Shown: positions 11,655-29,160, numbered from the stretch's first letter. The stretch: 64,000 nt of DNA from Guillardia theta CCMP2712 (GCF_000315625.1 NW_005434566.1:1-64000); one strand, 5' to 3'. Made by a program: numbers and translations. The notes: generated from the sequence alone by a model not told the origin.

Positions 11655-13948
11655 ATGATCGCTAGTGCTGCTTCTTGGTTCCTGAAGCTTAATGCCCTCC
11701 TCTTCATCCTCTACATCTCCTACACGATCCGTCTGCATGCTGTCCAAGTGTACGGGAAGGTAATTCATGAGTTCGACCCTTGGTTCAACTACCGAGCTAC
11801 CGACTACCTGGTGAACGAGATCAATGCGCGAGGATTCTGGGAGGGATCTCGGTCCTTCTTCAACTGGTATGACGACAAGGTCTGGTATCCCCTTGGCAGG
11901 CCTGTCGGCACGACCATCTACTGCGGCCTGCAGTTCACCTCCGCCTTCATCTACTTCGTGTTGGAGGCTATCGGTCAGCCAATGTCGCTCAATGACGTCT
12001 GCGTCTACGTCCCTTCCTGGTTCGCGTCCTTCTCCTGCCTGTTTGTCTTCGGCATGGCATGGGAAGTCTCGCGCTCCTACAACTCCGCGCTTGCTGCGGC
12101 CTTCTTCATGGCCATCTCCCCTGCTCACTTGATGCGATCGGTGGCAGGAGGGTACGACAACGAGGGGATTGCTGTGGCTGCGATCTGTGGGACCTTCTAC
12201 TTCTGGGTGCGATCGCTGAGGGACAGCTCGTCGTGGTGGTATGGAGTTGTGACGGGCCTCATGTACATCTACATGGTGGCGGCATGGGGAGGTTACATCT
12301 TCGTGCTCAACATGATCGGAGTCCATGCTGCCGTGCTGATCATGAGCGGTCGCTACTCGCAGAACCTGTGGAAGTCCTACTCCATCTTCTACGTCATGGG
12401 CACCCTCGGAGCCATCCAGTTCCCCGTCGTCGGGTACGCTCCCCTCAAGTCGCTGGAGCAGCTGGGCCCTCTCTTCGTGTTCTTCTGGCTGCAGCTCATG
12501 GAGGTCTGCAAGCGCTACGAGCGGGCGCATCCGGACATGGGCGAGCGTCGCATCCGAGACTACTACATGCTCGTCTTCGGAGGAGCGATGGTGGCCGGGC
12601 TTGTGGGGATCATGATCTTCATGCCCCGTGGCTACCTCGGGCCCATCTCTGCTCGCGTGCGGGGACTCTTTGTGCAGCACACGAGGACGGGAAATCCGCT
12701 GGTCGACTCGGTCGCAGAGCACCAGGCGACCAGGGATGAGATGTACTACCAGTACTTCCACATCGTGTGCTACCTGGCCCCCATCGGCTTCGTGTCCATG
12801 TTCTTCAACTTGACCGACCAGAAGCTGTTCGTCATCACCTACACTGCCATCTCCATGTACTTCTCCCGCAAGATGATCCGCCTCATCCTCATCCTCGCTC
12901 CTGCCTCCTCCGTCGTCGCCGGGGTGGCGCTGGAGCTCGTCATCACCTGGAGCATCTCTCAGCACCTGGAGGACCTGGAGGAGCCGGCGGACCCGGTCAC
13001 GGCCAAGTCAGCGGCAGCCAAGAACGTCAAGAAAGCTCAGGGGAAGAAGGGGAAGAAGGGGGGAGAGCTCACGAGCCATCCCTTCTTCCAGGAGCTGAAC
13101 GAGATCTACAGCGAGAACCTGATGCTCCGCAAGGTGCTGGCGGGGGTCTGGCTCTTCATGACCCTCTCCGGCCTCCTCTACTACTGGGTCCACTGCCACC
13201 GCATGGCCGAGAACCTCTCGAGCCCCTCCATCATGCTCATGGCGAGGTCCAAGACCGGAGAGCCCGTCATCATCGACGACTTCCGCGAGTCCTACTGGTG
13301 GCTGCGAGACAACACGCCCCAAGACTCCCGCGTCCTCTCCTGGTGGGACTACGGCTACCAGATCAACGGCATCGCCAACCGCACCACCATCGCCGACGGC
13401 AATACGTGGAACCATGAGCACATCGCGCTGCTCGGCCGCGCCCTCGTGTCCCCGGTCAAGAAGGCCCACAGGATCGTCCGGCACCTGGCCGACTACGTGC
13501 TGGTGTGGAGCACGAGGTACGGCAATATGTGGGGCGACGACATCGCCAAGTCTCCTCACATGGCGAGGATAGGAGGGTCAGTGTACAAGGACATCAAGCC
13601 TGAGGACTTCTGGCAGGATCAGAGCGGGAAGCCTTCGGACATGATGCGCAAGAGTCTCATCTACCGCACCGTCAACTTCAGGCTCGACCCCTCCATCCCT
13701 CAGTTTCCTCCCGACACCTTCGAAGAAGTCTTCACCTCCAAGAACAACATGGTCCGCATCTACAAGGTCCTCCGCGTCTCCGCCAAGTCCAAGGCCTACT
13801 GCTCGGAGGGCCGCGGCTACAAGGCCTGGTACTCCGGGAAGCCGCTGCTCGAGGCGTATCCCCCCGGCCTCAAGAAGATCCTCTCGCAGAAGCAAGACTT
13901 CAAGCAGCTGGAGGACTTCAACCGCCGTGATGAGGTGGAGGAAGACTG

Positions 13949-13949
<1 letters not shown>
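11655..13949 (+). CDS. STT3: Dolichyl-diphosphooligosaccharide--protein glycosyltransferase catalytic subunit STT3
   Basis: 764-aa uninterrupted ORF with HEFDPWFNYR, RSVAGGYDNE, SVAEH, WWDYG, DGNTWN and DIAK motifs; multi-TM N-terminal half. A short upstream exon is possible. Confidence 0.97.
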
Positions 13950-13985
<36 letters not shown>

Positions 13986-14013
13986 GCGAGCCACACTTGA
14001 ACATCGCTTCTTA

Positions 14014-14608
14014 TCATATACATCCTCCCTGGACTTTGCTCTCCTTGCCCCTGCTCACCCCAGCTCCACCTGTGCTGCTGTGGGAACGTGTCAACCTTCT
14101 CCTCCTCCTCTGCCCCTCCTCCTCAAGCTTCTTCTCACCAGGCTTCACTTGCGCGCATGCTAGCGCCAGGCACATCACTCTGCTGGTGATCGCTTCCCAC
14201 GAGAACCGCTGGTGCCCCAGTGAGCTATCAAGCACCGAGGAGGGAGAGAAACGAGGAAGAGGACCAGGACCAGGACCAGGACCTGGAAGAGGACGAGGAG
14301 AAGTATCGGGGTCTGGGGTCACCTTGGCCATGTCCTGTAGTGGGCGCAGCACTTTCAACAGGAGAGGCTGCTGCGTCAGGAGGCATCCTCCAGCGAGGAC
14401 GGTCACGGCGAGCAGGAGAGCTGAAGGCTTCTTCGGGGCAAGGGGGGTTTTGGCCGGCAGCTTGACTGGCGGGGCTGGACGAGGATGGAAGCGAGGAGGA
14501 GGTTGGCGTCTCTCCATCTCGAGGTACTCGGGTTGAGAAGCAGCGACTGTCAGCCTGCGCGAGGCCTCCTGGTTGCTCGCGTGCCTGATGTAGATCACCA
14601 GAGCTGCG

Positions 14609-14649
<41 letters not shown>

Positions 14650-15901
14650 GGCAGGAAGGAACACGATCTATAGAAGGGAAGATGTAGGAGGAGGCAGATG
14701 CAGATCACCTGACAGAATCCGTTCGCCGTTTGCTTGCTTGTCCACCTGCAAGGCAGTCAATTGAAACAAGAGAAACTCCTTCAAAGCCAACTTCCCCTCC
14801 CCCCCCCCCCCTCCCACCCCCCCAACAATCAGAGCAGCTCCTCCACTCCACTCCTCCTGCCCCCTCCCCTCCTACTGTCAGTCTCGCTGGCTGTCACGTC
14901 GCTGAAGTCAAGGTGCTTCTTCGCTTCTGCTGTATCTATCGAGCTAACGCGTCGCTCTAGCACCAACGTCAGTCTCCTTCCCTTCGTCCTCGTCCTCCCC
15001 GTCCTCGCACCTGCTGCCTCAAGTCGCTTCTTCAAGGTGTCAACCTCAGACGATAGCATGTAGACATATCTGCTGCACACTCAGTGCTTCCTTGATCGCC
15101 TCTCCCTTCCTCTCTACTCAGAGTTTCTGCCGCCATTTTCACCGCAATGTCGATCCTGGTGGACGATCGTCAGCAGCTGCAGCAGCATTATCATCATGTC
15201 AATCGCTTCACCTCTAGAGGCTCATCGGCAGAAGCAAGAACACTCTTCTTGCTAGAGAAGGAGGAGGAGAACCTAGACTCGAGCTCCATCCGCTCCTCCT
15301 GAGCTTTCTTGTACTGCGACAGCAGCTCCTGCCGCTGTATCAGCAGGTCCCTGGCTCGCCACTGTCTGCTGCCTCTACCTGGATCTTGGCGTCTGCTGGA
15401 TTTTCCTCCCTCGCGCGCATCGGAGTCGGCATGGAATGTCTCGCGCTCTTCACATCTACTCGTCCATTGGGACTTGTGTTCTCGTCGTCGAGCAGGAAGC
15501 ACATGCTCTTGGATTTTGACTTGGTCGTGCCTGCCATGTTCTGTCGCAATGAATTTATCAGCATCAGCTCCTCAGCTCTTTGACAACCCACAAGGTCGAA
15601 GATCTCTACCTCTACCTCTACCTCTACCTCTACCTCTACCTCTACCTCTACCTCTACCTCTACCTCTACCTCTACCTCTACCTCTACCTCTACCTCTATC
15701 TCTACCTCTACCTCTACCTCTACCTCTATCTCTATCTCTACCTCTACCTCTATCTCTACCTCTACCTCTACCTCTATCTCTACCTCTACCTCTACCTCTA
15801 CCTCTACCTCTACCTCTACCTCTACCTCTACCTCTACCTCTACCTCTTCCTCTTCCTATACCTCCCCCTCTAACATGCATGTCTCTCCTCGTCTCTGCCA
15901 T
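14014..15901 (-). CDS. Multi-exon hypothetical coiled-coil/Pro-rich protein (approximate)
   Basis: ATG at 15901 followed by GT and a microsatellite-filled intron; coiled-coil-like ORF pieces (RDLLIQRQELLSQYKKAQEERMELE; LSSEVDTLKKRLEAA). Confidence 0.35.
15605..15850. repeat. (TCTACC)n hexamer microsatellite, probably intronic
   Basis: Direct reading. Confidence 0.95.
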
Positions 15902-16039
15902 GTCGTCTTAGCGTTTGGTTCTGTTTCCCTGCTCCCGGCCCCAGCCATTCGTTACACGCCTTTTTGAACGGCATTTTCCGGTGCAGTACTTGAACTTGTA
16001 ACGGTATTGCAATTGGTTGTCGCAACCGTTATTTTCAGA

Positions 16040-16240
16040 CCGTGACGGTGGCCCCGGCCCAGTGGGCCACGCCGGCCGCCCCGGCGGCGGGCCGCGGGGC
16101 CCGGCGGCCGGTGACCGATCCGACCAACTTGATGTTTCCGCCGTCACGCCGGTGCTGGGGCCCGGCCATAAAGCGCCGGCCGCCGGCAGTGAGCCTGAGT
16201 CCCGGTCCGACAAACGCCGGGTCCGACCGGCGTCGACATA
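16040..16240. promoter_or_regulatory. GC/CpG-rich island followed by a GGGTA-rich tract (to ~16600)
   Basis: Same composition as the 3920-4510 island; lies upstream of a minus-strand gene start. Confidence 0.35.
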
Positions 16241-19019
16241 GCGTTGTCGCTCTCAACTGACCCCTCTGGTTTCCAATAGTTTTCTGTGGGGGTATCCTTC
16301 CACACATGTGAATAGCAAATGGCAGTTGGGGTCTGGGGTGGGTCAGACGGCTGGGAGCTGATTCAAATTGGTTGGGACCTGTTTAAGGGGGTAGGGTACT
16401 TCCTGGTAGCAAATAATTGTACCAACAGTACCAATTTAATGGTACATATAGAGTACCATTAGGAAAACTTGTACCAAAATAGTTTATGCGGTACCTCCCC
16501 TGTTCAAACTATGATGCTTTGGACCCACCTGTTTCCCAGTGAAAGTGCCTTCTCCGATGGGGTCAAGTTTTGGACCCTACCCTGCCTCCGACCAACATAG
16601 ACCACCCTTGTAGATCAGAGGGAGCTCTCAAGCCTTGCCCCTTCCCTTCCCTGGTTGCATATCCAAGGTTAGCAAGTGAATGTTACGCAGACGTGACTCA
16701 TCTGCAGCAGGAGAGCTCAGACGAGGACAAGCAGAGGCAATCCCTGCAGAATCTGGTGTGAGCGCAGCAGTCTGAAAACATCTCTGTGATTGCAAACACA
16801 TGTAAAGAGGGTTGATCATCATAGATTTTAGCAGCTTGAATAAGGAGTACTCCGCACGGACCGTCCGCTAGTGGCGCTGTACGATGGATGACATTGACTC
16901 TCATGAGCAATAAGTAGGAAGTCATGAAGCATGTCACGGAGACAGCATGATCTATACTTATTTCATAGGAATCTGCTGCAAAGAGTCGGGCTTGAGGGCG
17001 GTCTGAGCAATATGCAAGAGTATTGCCAAGGCATGTAAAGAGTTTCAAGGAATACCAGTGCATTCATCAAATGGCAGTGATGAGGTACCACATGAAGGCA
17101 TGACTTGCAAATTGATTGCATGTCGTGTTCCATTTGATGACTTACAATCAAGACGCTTTTGAGCGACAAAACGATACCCCGTATAGCATTGTAAATCATA
17201 GTTCATTTCCTTCACCTCGAGTCGAAGCAAGAAATTTTCAAGGTGCTGATATCTTTGTTTTGACTAGACTGACATGGTATCAGGAGCAGTTAATTGATGT
17301 TAGATCCGATTGAATCATGCAGACGAAAATGGACATACCCTTTTGAATAAATCTTTCTTCTCGAGTCTCATACCAGAGCTTTCTTGCCTCTTTCTTTGTA
17401 ACCTAACATGTACAAAGCATTGGCATTTTCTTACACAAAGTAAACTGAGCCTGAACAGCTTCTCTTATTCGCTGCATTCTCGCCCTTCCATCATCCTGAT
17501 CTTTTCCTTGACACCCTTGGGCCAATGCGAGTTGCATGCTGCGATATCATCAATTGTTTGGAACCAAGCGATAAGTGGAACAAAGCGCTCAGGTGCTATG
17601 CAGGCTGCAATGCATCGCCGGCATTCCAACCATATGGATAAGTTTGCCAAACTTTGCGCTGCTCATATTACTTGCAGCGAAAGTCAACCATTCCAGATGA
17701 TAAGGACAATGTATGAGACTTGCGCAGAAGAATGTGCAAACACTTCCACACGACGGTGAGTGTGCACGATTCCACATACACAAGAATGCTGCGCAGAAGC
17801 ATCTACCAATTTCTTGTCTAACCACTCTTTTGATGAATGAGCATCGACTTCTCTAACATGTACATCAGGTCATGCAGGCTCATGGAGAAATGATGATGTT
17901 GTTAGCAACAACTTGGCTTTGTTTTATTGAAGTACGTTGAAAACATCACCTAGGCCGCTACATATTCCCATGTCCGCTTTGCAACAGTTCTAAACCACGT
18001 ATCACCATAAAGTTGTACATCATTCGACTAGTCCGATAACATCTTCATGTAGAGCCTCAGTTTCAAGCACAACGCGGTTTGGAGCGATACTGTGACTTGT
18101 TTGCCTGGTATGATTACATGTGACATGCTCTCTTACACAATTGAAGAGTATTGTAAAAATTTCAGTCAAGCGGTGCACAGTTCAGCCTTTCTTTCTTACT
18201 ATTCATCAAACATAGTGTATCAGACAGATGTCATCGTGTGGATCGACGCAAAATAAAGATGAACTCGAAGTTCTGTCTGAAAAATGACCCTTTGCAAGTA
18301 CTGATGGATCGAGAGCAAGTTCTTGATGCTGTATCATTAAGAAGTAAAATGACAGTCATTTGCCAGTACTATACGACTCGTATCCATCAGCTTAAAATAT
18401 GCACACCTGAGTTTCATTCCATGAATCATCTTTCCTCCCGCATTCAAACTGAGAAACTCAGTGCTAGTCAACTCATGGGCATGGTTTCAGAGTTTGAATT
18501 CCCAGCAAGTTGAGGAAGGACAAGGCAGACAGAAGCGTGAAAGAAAGTTGAGGGTCATCAGGGAAGGTCTGACGAGAGTCTGAGACTCATGGACAGGGAA
18601 GGATAGGGATGCGCAAGTGTGGAGGGCAGGGAGATGGGGAGGGAGACACCCTCTGCTAAATGTATTTTAAAAGGTACCCATTACAGTACCAGACCAAGAC
18701 CTGTACCCCCCACCCCCCTGTCGCGTCCGTTGGGTTCGAATATTTGAAATACTACCACGCCTACCCATCAGGTTCTGGTACAAATCATTACTTCACTATA
18801 CAAGCGCTATGTGACCCTATCCAAAGACAAATAGGAACGATTGTTTACTTATCTAAGCTCTCAATTACCCCCGGTTGCCGTTGAACTTGCAGCGCTGGAA
18901 ATGGATTTTCAAACCTTCCAATCCTTGGATTTTTTACTCACACACAATTTTGTACTGGAAAACGCCTGGATCTGGTACAAATCCCAATTGTCAGCAAGTT
19001 CCTTGACCCGACAACGCAT

Positions 19020-19400
19020 TGACCGCCCGGCCCGCCGGGCCGGTCGCCGTCACGGTCCCGGCCGCGGGCCCGGCCGGGGCGGCCCGCACTGGCGTTGCCA
19101 CCCCGGGTGGGCCGGCGGGGGCGGACAGCGGCCGAGCCGCAGAGCGGCGCGGCCCGCACTCACAGGGCGGTAGCCGGGCCCGCCCGGCACTGCCGGCCGC
19201 ATTCAAGTTCCCGGCTGCCCCGGCAGGCGGCCTGGCACTGACCACTCAGTCAGTGGTAAGTGGCACCGTCCCGCACGGGTGACCGTCAATGTACCGGCTG
19301 GCGCTGCCGGTCCCGGGTCCGAGCCTCGGAGTCCGGCGCGGCCGCGCGACTGAGGTCACGATAACCGTTGAACTTCGGAACGCCGGGCCCGGCCCGGGGC
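19020..19400. promoter_or_regulatory. GC/CpG-rich island preceded by a TACCC-rich tract (~18660-18850)
   Basis: Mirror image of the 16040-16600 arrangement. Confidence 0.35.
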
Positions 19401-19617
19401 TTGCCAGAACTTTCATGTAACCAATATGTAACGATCAATGTAACGGTTCACGTTCGCTAGTTATTAGTTGTCCGAAGACAATGGCGCCCTTGCAGGTGCG
19501 ACAGCGACGACAAAAGACAAACAATGACAACCCCTGCTGCTCCTCTTACCGCTGCTGCTGCTGATACTCCTTCTCCTCCTCCTCCTTCTCCTCCTTCTCC
19601 TCCTCCTCCTCTTACCA

Positions 19618-19648
<31 letters not shown>

Positions 19649-19730
19649 TCCTCCTCCTCCTCCTCCTCCTCCTCTTACCGCCGCTGCTGCTGCTGCTGGT
19701 CCTCCTCCTCCTCCTCCTCCTCCTCTTACC

Positions 19731-19766
<36 letters not shown>

Positions 19767-22239
19767 ATTGCTCCTCCTCTTACCGCTGCTGCTGCTACTG
19801 CTGCTACTGCTCCTCCTCCTCCTCTTACCGCTACTCCATTTCCTCCTTCCCATCTTCATGCTCCTCCTCCTCTCATGCTCCTCCCATCCATATCCTCCTC
19901 CTGTCCTCCCCCTCATGTTCCCCCGCTCTTTCTCCTCCTCCTCCTCCTCCTCCTCCTCCTCCTCCTCCTCCTCCTCCTCCTCCTCCTCCTCCTCCTGTCC
20001 TCCTCCTTCCTTTTGTATTCCTTGCCCTTTCCCCCTTCCCCCTCAATTCTCTCTTCTGCTTATCCACTTCAGCACAGCGGGGTATCACCACCGTCTCTTC
20101 ATCTTTGACATCTCAGCTTTCTGCGTCTGATCTTCGCTTGTCAGGCGATCGCTGCTGCTTGTGTCAGCGGAGCTGTCGGTCTCGGCATCGGGTGATCGCG
20201 TCTTGTCCAGTCTAGCTGCCTCTGAGCTGCCTGTGCTCACAGGTACTCCCTCAAGCTGCGGTCAGCTGGCTGCGACAACAACGCGCTTGTTCCCAGCATG
20301 CTCATCACAGGTGAAGCAAGAGAGCTCAACGAGCCCAGCTCTCAGCTGAGGCAGCGCTTGGCAAGGACATGCTGGTCTGACTTGAACGCCATGCAGGCAC
20401 ACCGTCGCGACCGGCGTCTGATTTTCTCATCACTGGAGCCCCAACCCTCCCAGCCAACCTGCCGACTGCTGTCGCTGCTCTGTGAGGCGGCAGGAGGCAC
20501 CTAGAGACGAGATGCTGAGACAAAAGGCTGCAGGCAGTGGGCGGGATGGCCGGGCTTTGACAACATCAAGTTCCGGCAGGGCTACGTGGTGGGGGCATGA
20601 GAGCTGGGGGTGTCGAAGCCTCACGCACTCTCAGACCTCCTTCAACCGTCAGACTCGAAACCCCAACTGGGTCTGCGAGCATCTCTGCGAGGTCTCGAGG
20701 CTGCCAAGCCGGTCGGGGAGTCTGAAATGTTCGAGCAGGAGACACTCCGAGGCGAGGGGAGCCGAGCTAAGGTGACGCCCGTGCGCGGGTTTATGTCCAG
20801 TGATCCTCCTCCCCGCAGACCGAGAACTTCCAGGAGGATGAGACTGACCCCCCGCACTTGCGCTCTCGTCTCGCGGACTACAAGGGTTCATCCCTCCACC
20901 TCCCTCCTCGCATGACTGCAGCCTGCAGGCAGCGGCTTCGACCGAGGACATCTGGTCGCGGCGGCGGACGTGAAATTCTCGTAACCGTCTCCTCCTCATG
21001 GCTCCTCTGACCCCGCGCACAGACAGAATGCGCTGGATGAAACTTTTCTCCTCTCCAACATCTCCCCACAGGTTTCGCCCTCCTCCTCCTCCTCCTCCTC
21101 CTCCTCCTCTCATGCTCCTCGTCCTCATCCCTTACTCGTGAGGCTGTCAGGTTGGAGCAGGCTTCAACCGGGGTTACTGGGAGCGCATGGAGCGATGGTG
21201 CCGCAACCTTGTGAGAGAGGAGGAAGGGGAGGCTCAGGAGGCTGAGGAGGGAGCAGGTCAAGAAGGGGGAGTTCTCGGATGTCTTTGTTATCAGCGGTCC
21301 TCTCTTTCTCCCCAAGAAGGAAGCGGATGGCAACTACTACATGCAGCATCAGGTCGCCCCCCTCCTCCTCCTCCTCCTCACATTTCTCATCCTCCTGTCA
21401 GGTGCTTGGCAACCCTCCGTCTCTTCAAGTCCCCACGCACTTCTTCAAGGTTTCGCTCCTCCCGCTGTCCCGCGCTGACAGCCGCAGGTCATCATGGCAC
21501 TTCCCACCAGGAGCGCTCAGGCCAGCTTGACCCCAGCAGCTGCTCCGACGAAAACTGGTGCTTGGACATGACTTGACCCTCCGTGACTGACAGATTTCAG
21601 ACCCCAACGCCTCTGCTCTCGTGCCATGTAAGCCATTGCCCTCCCCTCCCCTCCCTCCCCTCATCCCTTCCAGTGGGTCGCACACCTGCCAAGCCCATCG
21701 CTCTCGGAGCCTTCGTGGTCCCTAATGAGGTTCCCTCCCCTCGCTCCCCCATCTCCTCTTTCCCCCTCACTTTCTCCTCCCTTCCCCCAGTCCTCATCCT
21801 TGTAGCTTGCGATGGCTGAGGCTACTCAGGTCATCGACGACAAGGATGATCTATCCAAGTATTCTTATCCCATCGAGATCGTCGAGAGGCTTGCAGGCTT
21901 GCAGGCAAGCTACGGAGCTTTAGAGCATCTCAGCTTCTTCTCATGTTCCTCTCTTGCAGTTTTTCCAGCGGCTGCCCCGTCAGAACACTAAGTTCATCAA
22001 ACCTCTCTGTGAGAGGTACGACCCTCCTCCCCTCCTCTCCTCCTTTGAGTCAACCCTCCAGCACCAAGTGCGTCCTACCAGCCGGCTTCCAGCTACAGGA
22101 CGGCAAGTAAGTGAAGACCCCAGCTGGACTAGACGCTTCGTTGACTTGCTGATCCAGAGACAAGCAGCCCAAGGTCATCACCGTCAAGTGAATGATCTCC
22201 TCCTCCCACTACCAGAGTTACCGCACAGAGGCAGCTGCA

Positions 22240-23530
22240 TCTCAGCATAGAACGATTGAGTAGATCAACGCGACGACGAGATGACGTTGGCAAACCTTTA
22301 CTACAAGTGCTGCACTTGACAAGAACCTCACATGGGAATGCTGGGGGGTAGCGAGAGGGAGAAGGGAACGAAGAAAAACGAGTCAAACGAGGGAAGGAGA
22401 AGGCACAAGTCAAGTACCTCTGAATCACAGAACGAGCGAAGTTCCTGAGGGCATGCGAAGTGATGGACTTGAGGAGAGCTACTCTGTCTTGAACCAGCTC
22501 GACAGCCTCACTGAGTTTCGCTTCCACCTTCCCCTCGTGCTGTCCTCCCGTCACATGCCAGCAGCAGCCTGTCTCTCCTCTCGCTCACCGTCCTCGCCAG
22601 CGGCTTGAGCCACTTGTTGTAGATCTGGGACGTGGTCAGTCACGCCTCGGAGAGCTCCTCTCACCGCTCGAGCGCCCTCGTTGTGCATCCAGACCAGCAG
22701 AACCACCTGCAACGCGCCTCAGCCCCCATCCTTCTCTCTCCTCCCCGCCACGCGCTCCTGCTCTGAGACTCGCCTCTTCTCTCCTCCTCCCCCTCCCCCT
22801 CCTCCTCCTGACCTTCACGGCGTAGTAGTGGGGGATGTTCCATCGCCAGGGCATTACCACCCCCTCCACGAGCTGCAGGCAGCAACATTTTCAGAGGACG
22901 GAGATAGGATGGCGATAGGAAAGAGAATGAAGATGAGAGGAAGGAGATATTTACCTGGAGCAGGGCAAAGCAGGTCCAGTACGTGAGCAGCCGAGCCTGC
23001 AGCAGCTCTCCGCTGCTCCAACATGAGGAGAGAAAGAAACGTAATGGGCTCGCACCCGGGCTGCTTGCTCTGGTTCAAGGCCTTGAGGCTGTAGTAGGTG
23101 GGATACGCGAGCCCGACGATGTTGCCTGGAGCATGCGAGTGAGCTAGGGGGGGCGCAGCTGCAGGAGACGCACCTGCGATGATTGCGAGCTGCCCTGACA
23201 GCAGGCAAAGTCCGGTGATAACTCCAGCGATCACCCAGTAGGCACTGGTTGCGTCAGCAGCACGCTGTGACGAGGAGGAAGCGGCTGGAACATTCGCCTC
23301 TCCTGGCACGCAGTCACTCTCATGAAGCGCATGGTAGCTGATCGCCTACCGGACTGCGCCTTGCTGCCTCCTTCACTGTTTCCCCCCCTCAATGTCATCA
23401 TCTGCCTCCGTTCTAAGACACAGACAGGGGAGGACAAGACCATCAGGCGCCTTCACCTGCTTCTGTCCGATGCTCTTGGGCAGCAGAGGTCTGGGAACCC
23501 TCGCGCTCCCGAGAGCCTCCACAGTCGTCA
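22240..23530 (-). CDS. HVA22/REEP (TB2/DP1) family ER-shaping membrane protein with N-terminal extension (multi-exon, ends approximate)
   Basis: Spliced reading gives IVGLAYPTYYSLKAL / LLTYWTCFALLQ / LVEGVVMPWRWNIPHYYAVK / VVLLVWMHNEGARA / IYNKWLKPL, matching the TB2/DP1 consensus. Confidence 0.75.
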
Positions 23531-24638
23531 TGCAGCCCAGCCCGGCCAAGATTAGCCACCTGAACTTCAGCCCACAGCCTCCTCCTTCCTTATGCAACTC
23601 TGCTCTTCGGGGGAGCCTCAGGTTTTCCAGTCCTCCCCCTCCTCTCCTCTCCTCCTCGCTCCTCTCCTCCCCTCCTCCTCCCTTCCCCTCCCCCTCTGTT
23701 CGCATCCCGTCGCGCCTCATGCTGAGCTCCTGCAACCCATTCGAACTAAAATAATTATAAATATTTCATCCCCCTCATATCTCCGTACCCTCATCCCCTA
23801 CTAGTCCCAACTCCTCGGTGAGTTGGCAGCTGCGGAGCCGGGCGCCGGGTGCCGGAGGGCCCGGCCCTCATCCCTCACATCTATGACCCCTACCACCCCC
23901 TCACATTCCATTCCAGGCCCAGCAGGGGTGGTACCTGACCCCTTAGTTAAGCCCTCTTCCCATTGATAAATGATCACCCCTTATTTTTACCTGATGTACC
24001 CCCATATTTCTATTGGGGGTGGTCGGTCCCCATTGCTACCACCCCTCCTTGGATAGGCTGATGGTGGCGGCCTCCCCTTCCCTACCCCCTATGCAATACT
24101 TGGTACCCCCACCCCTATCATTTATTTTGACACCCCCCTTTTCTATTCATTTCATTTATGCAATGACGGGTAATAAGAAATACCCCACCTCATATTCCGA
24201 CGCCGCACTGACCACCCACCCCCCCTTAGCCTCAACCCCTTGGCATCCCCGCACTCGCTCCAGTCATGCTCTCGTCTGCGCTGAGGTAAGCAAGAGGAGG
24301 AGAGGAGAGGAGAGGAGGAACGGGAAGAGCTCGAGCAGAGGGAGAAGATGCAAAGAGACAGACGTGCATCAGGCTGTACTCAACACGAGAAGAAGATGGC
24401 TGGAGGATGTGAGAGAGGATCAGGTGTTGATGACGGCAGGAGCAAGCGTGGAAAGGATGAAAAGGTTAGTTTGTTTAGAGGTAGTTGTTATCTGTTGTGT
24501 TAGAGTGTTAGTTAGGCATACGTTAGATTGTACACTGGAATATAGCAAGAAGCACACTAGGGGTGAAACAAGGCGAAGAGAACAGGAGGACATCTGACTG
24601 CACATGCTCCTCCTCGTCGCAGGCCGATGCAACCAGCC

Positions 24639-27872
<3,234 letters not shown>

Positions 27873-28039
27873 AGCGACAAGAGGACCTGAACCTCGAGGA
27901 TGAGACTTATCACTCTTAGTTGCCTGCCAACGAGAAGAAGAGAAGAAAGCAGAGGCGGTAGAGGAGGAGGAGGAGGAGGAGGAGGAGGAGGAGGAGGAGG
28001 AGGAGGAGGAGGAGGTTGGTGCCCTCGCTGGATTCTCCC

Positions 28040-29160
28040 ATCAACTTATTTGAAGGCAAAGAAGATCGCAATGAAGAGCCCCAGAACTCCCAGCACGTAG
28101 AGAACCCTGTGACCTGTCACTCCCTCCCTCCCGCCCTCCTTGCCTCCCTCCCTCCCCCTCCCTCCCTCCCTCCCTCCATTCCTTCCCTCCCTCTCGCGCA
28201 GCTCTTCCTCTCATCGTCTCACCCGAACGTCTCCGCTATCCTCTTGTTCACTTCTGACTCGAAGTTTTGCCGGAACGCGAGGAAGCCGAAGCTGAGGCCC
28301 GCGAAGAAACCTCCGCCATGCACCCAGTTGTCGACCTGACCTGCGAGTCACGCGAGAGGAGGAGGATGAAGCTGTCGACCGGAGCGAAGAAACCGATGAT
28401 TATGATGAGGACGAGGAAGAGCAGGAGGGAACGGAACTTGATCGTCATGCCCTTGCCAGGTCTAAGTCAGACCTCACCGAGTACCAAGCAGGGGCAAACG
28501 AGGAGAACAAGATAGAAGCGAAACTTGCTGAGAAGACTGTCATGACCATAGAATGAGGTGATGGGGATGACGAAGATGAGCAGCAGGAGCAGGAGCATCG
28601 GGATAATGAAAATGTTGACGTTGGCGGAGATGATGATAGAGGAGGAGGAGGAGACCCTTGTCGGTCGATATCTTCTTGGGGCACGTAACATCGAGAGCAG
28701 CTGTCAAGTCTCGTCAGTCTTTGACCCGCACAAGTCTTCATCTACCCGACATCAATCTCGACGACTTCGGTTGTTGTGCCCTCCTCCTACACCACCAGAC
28801 CAGCGTCAATCTCACCCTACCCTCCTCTCCTTTCCCAACTCCCTTCCTAACCATCTCCTGCATACCCACGCTCTCGCTTCCTCGTCCCTCTCCTCACCTC
28901 GGCGAGCTCAACTCCCATCGTGTTCTCTGCTTCCTGCAGAGACTTTGAGCGCGAGAGGAGGAGGAGGGGCGAGACCTGCAGGGCAATGGCGATCTGCTGG
29001 TCGTACGAGTCCGGAGAGAAGGCGAGGGCTGCAGGAAAGAATCAAACATGAGCGCGAGCAGGAAGAGAGAGAGCGAGAGCATGAGAGCACGAGAGGAGTG
29101 GAGTCTTTGTTACCTTGCTGCAACGCTCGCGCGACTGCCTCGTCCTCACTTACATGGTTG
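28040..29160 (-). CDS. Putative multi-exon membrane protein
   Basis: Hydrophobic minus-strand segments (FRSLLLFLVLIIIIGFFAP; VLGVLGLFIAIFFAFK-stop); no family recognised. Confidence 0.3.

Noticed and set aside
11478-13559. Long antisense and alternative-frame ORFs over STT3 (and similarly over the receptor and retroelement)
   Set aside because: Shadow ORFs caused by high GC3 codon bias
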